The notes under the pieces are model-generated. The model searched no databases, was not told where the DNA came from, and saw only the letters and a list, made by a program, of their open reading frames with translations. The position numbers and the translations under genes were made by a program. DNA of 24,000 bases, taken from positions 84,052 through 108,051 of the forward strand of contig QXPY01000003.1 in the NCBI GenBank assembly GCA_003583745.1. Reading direction: 5' to 3'. Origin of the DNA: Rhodocyclales bacterium GT-UBC (GTDB lineage Bacteria > Pseudomonadota > Gammaproteobacteria > Burkholderiales > Rhodocyclaceae). How positions within the stretch are numbered: position 1 is the first letter of the stretch; each line of letters starts with the position of its first letter. Of this stretch, positions 19,252 to 24,000 are shown in pieces.

Positions 19252-20223
19252 TTATCGGGACTCAATCAATTTTCCCTGCGCGGCGAGAACCATGCCGACG
19301 TAGGTGTCATGTAGAAATGTCATAACCGTCTGCTGTGCAGCGGGGAATGGGGCATTCTGGGCACCGATGCGAACAAAGCCGGCGCCCTTCTGCAAACCGA
19401 CCGTCAGCTTTTCATCAGTGCGATAGCCACGCCGCATGACGTCCTGGAAAAGCGGGTGCGTATCCAACCCGAAGAGCAGCAGGTCGTGCCGGATCAGTTC
19501 TTTCGGCGTCATGCTGCTCAGCATGGCCATTTCAAAATGCCAGTCTTCTTCCTGCAATGCCTTATCGAGATTGCGCTTCGGATCGGTCTTCAGGGACAGC
19601 GGCAGTTCAAGCCGGGCAGTGGCCACCGTGTATTTGAACGGCCCGATGCCCAGCGAAATGTCGAGTGCCGGCGACGGGTCGGCCGCCGTACGAATATCGC
19701 GAACTTGGGCAAAAGTATCGATCAGCCGTGACGAGAACGGCGGGGCGACAATCTGGGCCTGAGCCTGGGCCGGCGTCAGTACGACCTGCTTTTCTTCGCC
19801 GATCGTCACCGTCCACCCATCCACCTCCGCCCTATCCGGCGAACCGGCACCCGGCACCGTGTAGGTGCTCAGGCGGTTGTGCCAACCATTGCTATCCTTG
19901 CTGATGACGAGATGGATCAGGTAGGGCCGCGACCGCGTTCCCCACTGACCTTTTGCATGTAGCAGGACATCGGCGACGATGGCACTTTCGCCATACACAT
20001 GATTGTTGGCAATGCGAATCTCGCGCCGAGCTTCATCAACACTGGCCACGGTATGTGCGTCATCGATTACCAGCCGATTCGACACCCCTGCCTGCTGCGT
20101 TCCCGCCGCCGTCGGAAGCCGCATGATGAGCGGCCCCGTTAGTTCCGCGGCCGACACATCCAAAGTTACCATCAAGCCCACTCCCAACCCCAAAAGCCCT
20201 ACCAGATTCAGAAACACGGTCAC
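19252..20223 (-). CDS. Hypothetical protein, probably exported or membrane-anchored
   Basis: 323-aa ORF from a GTG at 20223, ending 2 nt before the radical SAM ATG. The N-terminus MTVFLNLVGLLGLGVGLMVTLDVSAAE is signal/anchor-like (VSA|AE) but has no basic n-region. An alternative ATG at residue 18 (20172) is preceded by GGGAG and would remove the hydrophobic segment. I recognise no family. Confidence 0.6.
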   Translation of the reverse strand: MTVFLNLVGLLGLGVGLMVTLDVSAAELTGPLIMRLPTAAGTQQAGVSNRLVIDDAHTVASVDEARREIRIANNHVYGESAIVADVLLHAKGQWGTRSRPYLIHLVISKDSNGWHNRLSTYTVPGAGSPDRAEVDGWTVTIGEEKQVVLTPAQAQAQIVAPPFSSRLIDTFAQVRDIRTAADPSPALDISLGIGPFKYTVATARLELPLSLKTDPKRNLDKALQEEDWHFEMAMLSSMTPKELIRHDLLLFGLDTHPLFQDVMRRGYRTDEKLTVGLQKGAGFVRIGAQNAPFPAAQQTVMTFLHDTYVGMVLAAQGKLIESR

Positions 20224-20256
20224 ACTGCACGAAAATTCAATTGGAATAATGACAAC

Positions 20257-20285
20257 ATTCTAACGAGCAAGCCCGCCGAGCACAA
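20257..20285 (-). promoter_or_regulatory. Putative sigma-70 promoter of the seven-gene operon
   Basis: Minus strand: TTGTGC (20285-20280), 17-nt spacer, TAGAAT (20262-20257), 34 nt upstream of the GTG at 20223. It lies in an AT-richer spacer. Confidence 0.25.
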
Positions 20286-20669
20286 CGAACAATCGCCGTG
20301 TTGCGACAACGAAGACGAATTCGAGGCGGCGTGGCGTGCCAACGGCAAATCTCAGGGTCTGCCGGAAAATCTGGCCAAATCGAAATTTCGAGGACTGGCT
20401 GCGGCTCAGACCGTGCAAAAACGCCGCCTGACAGGAATCCTGGAAGCGCCGTTCGGCTATAGCGGAAGACAGACCGAGAGAAATAGAAGGTGGCGGATTG
20501 GCCGTCAGGCTGCCCGGCCATGCCTTCATCAACGCCACTACGCTCAGGAGATTCACGTATTGTTCCGACTAGCGGTAAAGTATGTCTCCCTCGACACGAT
20601 GCAATAACTGGTAAGACCAAAATTACCTGAAACTCTGGCATATCGTGCTCAATCGACAGAATACTCCCA

Positions 20670-21611
20670 ATGCCCATGGCCCATCCCAATACAGCTTGTC
20701 CGCTGATTGTTTCCAACCTGCGCAAGGTCTATGGCGGCAACGAAGTCGTTGCCGGGCTTTCGTTCGCCGTCCAGCCCGGCACCTGTTTCGGCCTGCTCGG
20801 GCCGAACGGGGCCGGCAAGACGACGACGCTGCGCCTCTGCCTCGGCCTCACTGCACCGGATAGCGGCGAGATCAGCCTGGCCGGCCGGCCGATTCCCGGC
20901 GAAGCCCAGCAGGCCCGGGCCAAGGTCGGCGTCGTGCCGCAGTTCGACAACCTCGACCCCGATTTCACCGCCAGCGAAAACCTGCTCGTCTTCGGCCGCT
21001 ATTTCGGCCTCAAGGAAGCCGAAGTCAAGGCGCGCATTCCGCAATTGCTCGAATTCGCCGGCCTCACCGGCAAGGCCGATGCCCGCATCGCGACCCTCTC
21101 CGGCGGCATGAAGCGCCGGTTGACCCTGGCCCGCGCCCTGGTCAACGACCCCGATATCGTCTTCCTCGACGAACCGACCACCGGTCTCGACCCGCAAGCC
21201 CGCCACCTGATCTGGGACCGCCTGAAACAACTCAAGTCGGCCGGCAAGACGCTGATCCTGACCACCCATTTCATGGACGAGGCCGAACGCCTGTGCGACC
21301 GGCTGATCGTCATCGACCACGGCAAGAAGATCACCGAAGGCAGCCCGCGCCAGTTGATCGCCGAGCACATCGAACCCCAGGTTGTCGAAGTCTTCGACGA
21401 AGGCAGCCACGACCTGCAAGGTTTCGTCGAAGCCAACCGCCAACTGGCCGAACGCGTCGAAACCAGCGGCGAAACCGCCTTCTTCTACTGCCGCGAACCG
21501 CGCCCGCTGCTGGCCAAACTGGCCGAAGCCGACGGCCTGCGCTACGTGCACCGCGCCTCCAACCTGGAAGACGTCTTCATCAAGCTGACCGGTCGGGAAC
21601 TGCGGGATTGA
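20670..21611 (+). CDS. ABC transporter ATP-binding protein, ABC-2/NodI-DrrA type
   Basis: 313 aa with Walker [11 protein letters not shown]-loop VVPQFDNL, signature [15 protein letters not shown], Walker [13 protein letters not shown] and H-loop TTHFMDEAE. No Shine-Dalgarno sequence precedes either ATG (20670 or 20676). An in-frame TGA at 20628 prevents any upstream extension. Confidence 0.9.
   Translation: MPMAHPNTACPLIVSNLRKVYGGNEVVAGLSFAVQPGTCFGLLGPNGAGKTTTLRLCLGLTAPDSGEISLAGRPIPGEAQQARAKVGVVPQFDNLDPDFTASENLLVFGRYFGLKEAEVKARIPQLLEFAGLTGKADARIATLSGGMKRRLTLARALVNDPDIVFLDEPTTGLDPQARHLIWDRLKQLKSAGKTLILTTHFMDEAERLCDRLIVIDHGKKITEGSPRQLIAEHIEPQVVEVFDEGSHDLQGFVEANRQLAERVETSGETAFFYCREPRPLLAKLAEADGLRYVHRASNLEDVFIKLTGRELRD
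20718..20739 (+). repeat. Right copy of the 22-bp perfect direct repeat CTGCGCAAGGTCTATGGCGGCA
   Basis: Identical to 11051-11072. It lies within codons 17-24 of the intact ABC ATPase gene. The two copies are 9667 bp apart (start to start). Confidence 0.9.
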
Positions 21612-22200
21612 GCGCCGGGCCGGCCTCCGGCCAATCGGCTTCGAACACCCCGGCATAGCGGAACACCTCGCCGAAAAGCGGGTGGGTCAGGCGGAAATCC
21701 ATCGCGAAATGGCACTCGTCGATGGCCGCCTCGACGATCGTCGTATGCCCGAGCAGCAGCCATTCCGGGATCGGCAAGACCAGTGGCCCAAGCTTGACGA
21801 CGAAGCGCACACCCCGGTAATGCAGGCGGCCGTCCTCGACGTAAGGCGCCATCTGCAGGCCACAGACCGGATTGACGTACTCGATCACCTGACCCGGCCC
21901 GGCCGCCACCCAGAAGCTGTTGAAGCGAATGAGCCGGCCATCGGGGAAGACGATGCGCCGCCGCCAGTACTGGCGCTCGCCGACCACCTATTTCTCGACC
22001 CGGGTGGCGACGCCCCGGCCACGGCGATGCACCAACGCGCCGACCAGTCGCAGCAGCAAGAGCAGGGGCCACATGAAACGCGGAAATTCGATATCCAGAT
22101 GCCCGATATCGGTGCTCGTCCCGAAGCGGTAATGCGCCTGCAAAGCCGGCGGCAAGCGGTCCCAATCGGCGCCCAGCGCCTGTTGCATGAGGCTTTTCAT
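21580..22200 (-). pseudogene. DUF4166-family gene interrupted by an in-frame TAG
   Basis: ATG at 22200 (MKSLMQQALGADWDRLPPALQAHYR, a typical DUF4166 N-terminus) runs 70 codons to a TAG at 21990-21988. The same frame then continues for 135 codons (VVGERQYWRRRIVFPDG...FRYAGVF). The combined length of about 205 aa fits the family. The start overlaps the DUF2269 stop (ATGA). Confidence 0.7.
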
Positions 22201-22676
22201 GATCCGGCTCCCGGCAGGTGTTTGAAGACCATCAACGCCACGACCAGCAGCATCGAGATGAAGGCCGGCACGCCCAGCCAGAACCAGGCACGCGCCATGC
22301 GCCAATAGGCGGGCGGCAACAGCTGCTGGCGGATGACGGCATCCTCGGCCATTCTCTGCATGCGGATCTGCAACCAGACCACCGGCAGCCAGCAGGCTCC
22401 GGCCAGGCCATACAGCCCCAGGCTGATCGCCACCCAGGGCGTGCTCAGTGGCAGGCCGAGCAGATGGATCATCCACAGGCCGCTCAGAGGCTGGAAAATC
22501 ACCGTCGGCGTGGTGAAGATCCAGTCGGCCAACACCACCTGCCGGTTGGTCGCGGCGATGTGCTGCGGATTGCCTGTGCGGTCGGCCATCCATTTATAGA
22601 AGGCGCTACCCAGCCCGGTGCCGAACAGCAGCACCATGCTGAGGATGTGCATGGTCTTGATCAGGGTATAGCTCAT
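22197..22676 (-). CDS. DUF2269-family integral membrane protein
   Basis: 159 aa from the ATG at 22676 (MSYTLIKTMHILSMVLLFGTGLGSAFY) with four predicted hydrophobic helices. The ORF track extends to 23093, but that part overlaps the SDR gene. ATGA overlaps at both ends. Confidence 0.7.
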   Translation of the reverse strand: MSYTLIKTMHILSMVLLFGTGLGSAFYKWMADRTGNPQHIAATNRQVVLADWIFTTPTVIFQPLSGLWMIHLLGLPLSTPWVAISLGLYGLAGACWLPVVWLQIRMQRMAEDAVIRQQLLPPAYWRMARAWFWLGVPAFISMLLVVALMVFKHLPGAGS

Positions 22677-23539
22677 GATGAACTCCTTGCCATGGCGGCA
22701 TCGCTGAAGAAAAGCCCCGGCTCGACCGGCAAGGGCAGGCGCCCCAGCCAGTTCGCCCAGGGCCGGTAATCGGCCTGGTAGCCGGTCTGCAGCATGTGCA
22801 GGTTTTCCGGCTGCAGCAGGGCGGTGAAATGGCGGCCGATGCGACACGACAACATGGCCAGGGGCAGGGGAATGCGCAGGAAGGGTGCCGGCGGCAGGCC
22901 CTGCGCCTGGCGCATGGTCTGCAACCAGTCGCCGAAAGCGAAGCTTTCGCTGCCCAGGATATCGAGCGAGCGGCGGACATCCGGCGAAACCAGGGCATGC
23001 CGGACGCTGGCCACAACATCGGCGATATGGACCGGCTGGATGGTCTGCCGGCCGTCGCCGGGCACCGGCAGCCAAGGCCAGCGGGCAAGACACATCAACA
23101 ACTCGGCACTGCCGCCGCCCCGCCCGTAGATCAAGGACGGGCGCAGCACGAACCAGTCGAGGTCGAGACGGCGCAAGCCGTCGTCGGCCAGCCCCTTGCT
23201 CCGGTGATAGGCCGAGAATGCCGTGTCGTCGGTACCCAGCGCCGAAATCTGGATCACCCGCCGCACGCCGGCCTCGGCGCAGGCCTGGAACAAGGCAAGC
23301 GGCGCCTGGGCATGCAGGCAGGCGAAGCGCTGTGTCGACGATTCGCCGATGATGCCGACTGCGTTGATCACGACCTCGACCCCCGCCAGATGGGGCAGCC
23401 AGTCGCCGACCGCCAGCATGTCGCGGAAATCGACGCCACTGCGGCGGGAAACCGGGATCACGCGATGCCCTGCGGCGACCAGCGCAGCAGCGACATTGCG
23501 GCCGATGAAGCCGCTGGCACCGGTGAGCAGGATCTTCAT
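22673..23539 (-). CDS. NAD(P)-binding SDR-like protein (NmrA/NDUFA9-like)
   Basis: 288 aa starting MKILLTGASGFIGRNV (Rossmann motif), with YHRSK as Y-x3-K. The start overlaps the upstream ORF stop (ATGA). Confidence 0.85.
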   Translation of the reverse strand: MKILLTGASGFIGRNVAAALVAAGHRVIPVSRRSGVDFRDMLAVGDWLPHLAGVEVVINAVGIIGESSTQRFACLHAQAPLALFQACAEAGVRRVIQISALGTDDTAFSAYHRSKGLADDGLRRLDLDWFVLRPSLIYGRGGGSAELLMCLARWPWLPVPGDGRQTIQPVHIADVVASVRHALVSPDVRRSLDILGSESFAFGDWLQTMRQAQGLPPAPFLRIPLPLAMLSCRIGRHFTALLQPENLHMLQTGYQADYRPWANWLGRLPLPVEPGLFFSDAAMARSSS

Positions 23540-23877
23540 GGCAGGCTCCCCGGTGACGGCACCTCGATGAATTGGCCCAGCCTTTGACCGATCGAGCGCA
23601 GGCCGATCAACAAGCCGCCCAGCGCGGCAAGCAGGGCCAGGCGCAGGCTGTCCAGCGGGTTGCTGAAATGCGAGAACAAATCGACCAGCAGTACCAGCAA
23701 CAGCGGCGCGATCATCAACATCACCCGCGTGTAGCTCAGCCAGAAGGCGGCGGCCTGCTCGTCCGGACAGATGCGACCGAGAATGCTGCGTAACGGACCC
23801 GACAACGTAAAGAGAACGATGCCGCTGGCGGCGATGCTGATCGAAGCGGCGGCAAGCAACTGCAGATAGGCATTCAC
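23536..23877 (-). CDS. Small hydrophobic membrane protein of unknown function
   Basis: Three hydrophobic segments (LLAAASISIAASGIVLFTL, LMIAPLLLVLLV, LALLAALGGLLIGL). The GTG at 23877 is preceded by GGGAG. The ORF track begins at the ATG at 23982, so the start is uncertain. Confidence 0.45.
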   Translation of the reverse strand: MNAYLQLLAAASISIAASGIVLFTLSGPLRSILGRICPDEQAAAFWLSYTRVMLMIAPLLLVLLVDLFSHFSNPLDSLRLALLAALGGLLIGLRSIGQRLGQFIEVPSPGSLP

Positions 23878-24000
23878 GATGGACTCCCGATGGCTATGAG
23901 GAGTCTTCAGTGTGCGCAGCGAGAAGCGCTCAATCTTCCGTTTTGATCGAAACGGAGCATTTTTCGGCTCCGGAATGATCATTCCGGAGCGCGGATCGGG

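Noticed and set aside
20318-20345. Sigma-54 promoter candidate (TGGCAC on the minus strand at about 20335-20340) upstream of the operon, and TGGCAT-like sequence at about 20636 upstream of the ABC gene
   Set aside because: The -12 element and the GG-to-GC spacing do not match TGGCAC-N5-TTGC in either case.
17834-20669. Search for a small RiPP-type precursor peptide gene next to the radical SAM enzyme
   Set aside because: I found no short ORF with a Shine-Dalgarno sequence on the operon strand upstream or between genes. The gene context (LuxE/LuxC, LCAT, acylase) points to lipid or acyl chemistry rather than a peptide substrate.
20237-20725. 162-aa minus-strand ORF upstream of the operon, including an internal [16 protein letters not shown] lipobox-like start at 20641
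   Set aside because: Third codon positions are A/T-rich in a high-GC genome. The sequence is Arg/Cys-rich and low-complexity, the Shine-Dalgarno sequence is weak, and the ORF begins antisense within the ABC gene. It is more likely non-coding.
20649-21656. 335-aa minus-strand ORF opposite the ABC ATPase gene
   Set aside because: It is an antisense shadow ORF. The ABC motifs are all in the plus-strand frame.

Overview
High-GC proteobacterial (betaproteobacterium-like) chromosomal segment; I found no rRNA, tRNA, CRISPR array, transposase or integrase. Left part (1-11086) is mostly housekeeping. The minus strand carries recA-recX-lptB-rpoN. The plus strand carries rluA, a sodium:solute symporter, a VanZ-like membrane protein, a P2-type cation ATPase, a thioredoxin-like [2Fe-2S] ferredoxin and a small alpha/beta hydrolase. 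Centre (11306-20223, minus strand) is the most interesting part: a tightly packed, translationally coupled seven-gene operon. In transcription order it encodes an unknown protein with a hydrophobic N-terminus, an AmmeMemoRadiSam/PFL-activase-type radical SAM enzyme with an extra C-terminal domain, an LCAT-family alpha/beta hydrolase, a LuxE-like acyl-protein synthetase, a LuxC-like acyl-CoA reductase, an extended SDR, and a signal-peptide-less penicillin-acylase-family Ntn hydrolase. This looks like a luciferase-less fatty-acid-reductase module embedded in an uncharacterised lipid or acyl-amide pathway. The cassette has lower GC than its neighbours and AT-richer non-coding flanks. It is bracketed by a perfect 22-bp direct repeat (11051-11072 and 20718-20739) that lies inside two versions of the 5' end of an ABC ATPase gene. 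One version is a 19-codon stump fused to the hydrolase stop; the other heads the full-length gene at 20670. That pattern points to insertion of a ~9.7 kb segment. Right part (20670-23982) has an orphan NodI-like ABC ATPase with no permease. It converges on a minus-strand operon (small membrane protein, SDR, DUF2269, DUF4166) whose last gene carries an in-frame TAG. All functional calls come from reading the supplied translations against remembered family motifs; no database search was run.
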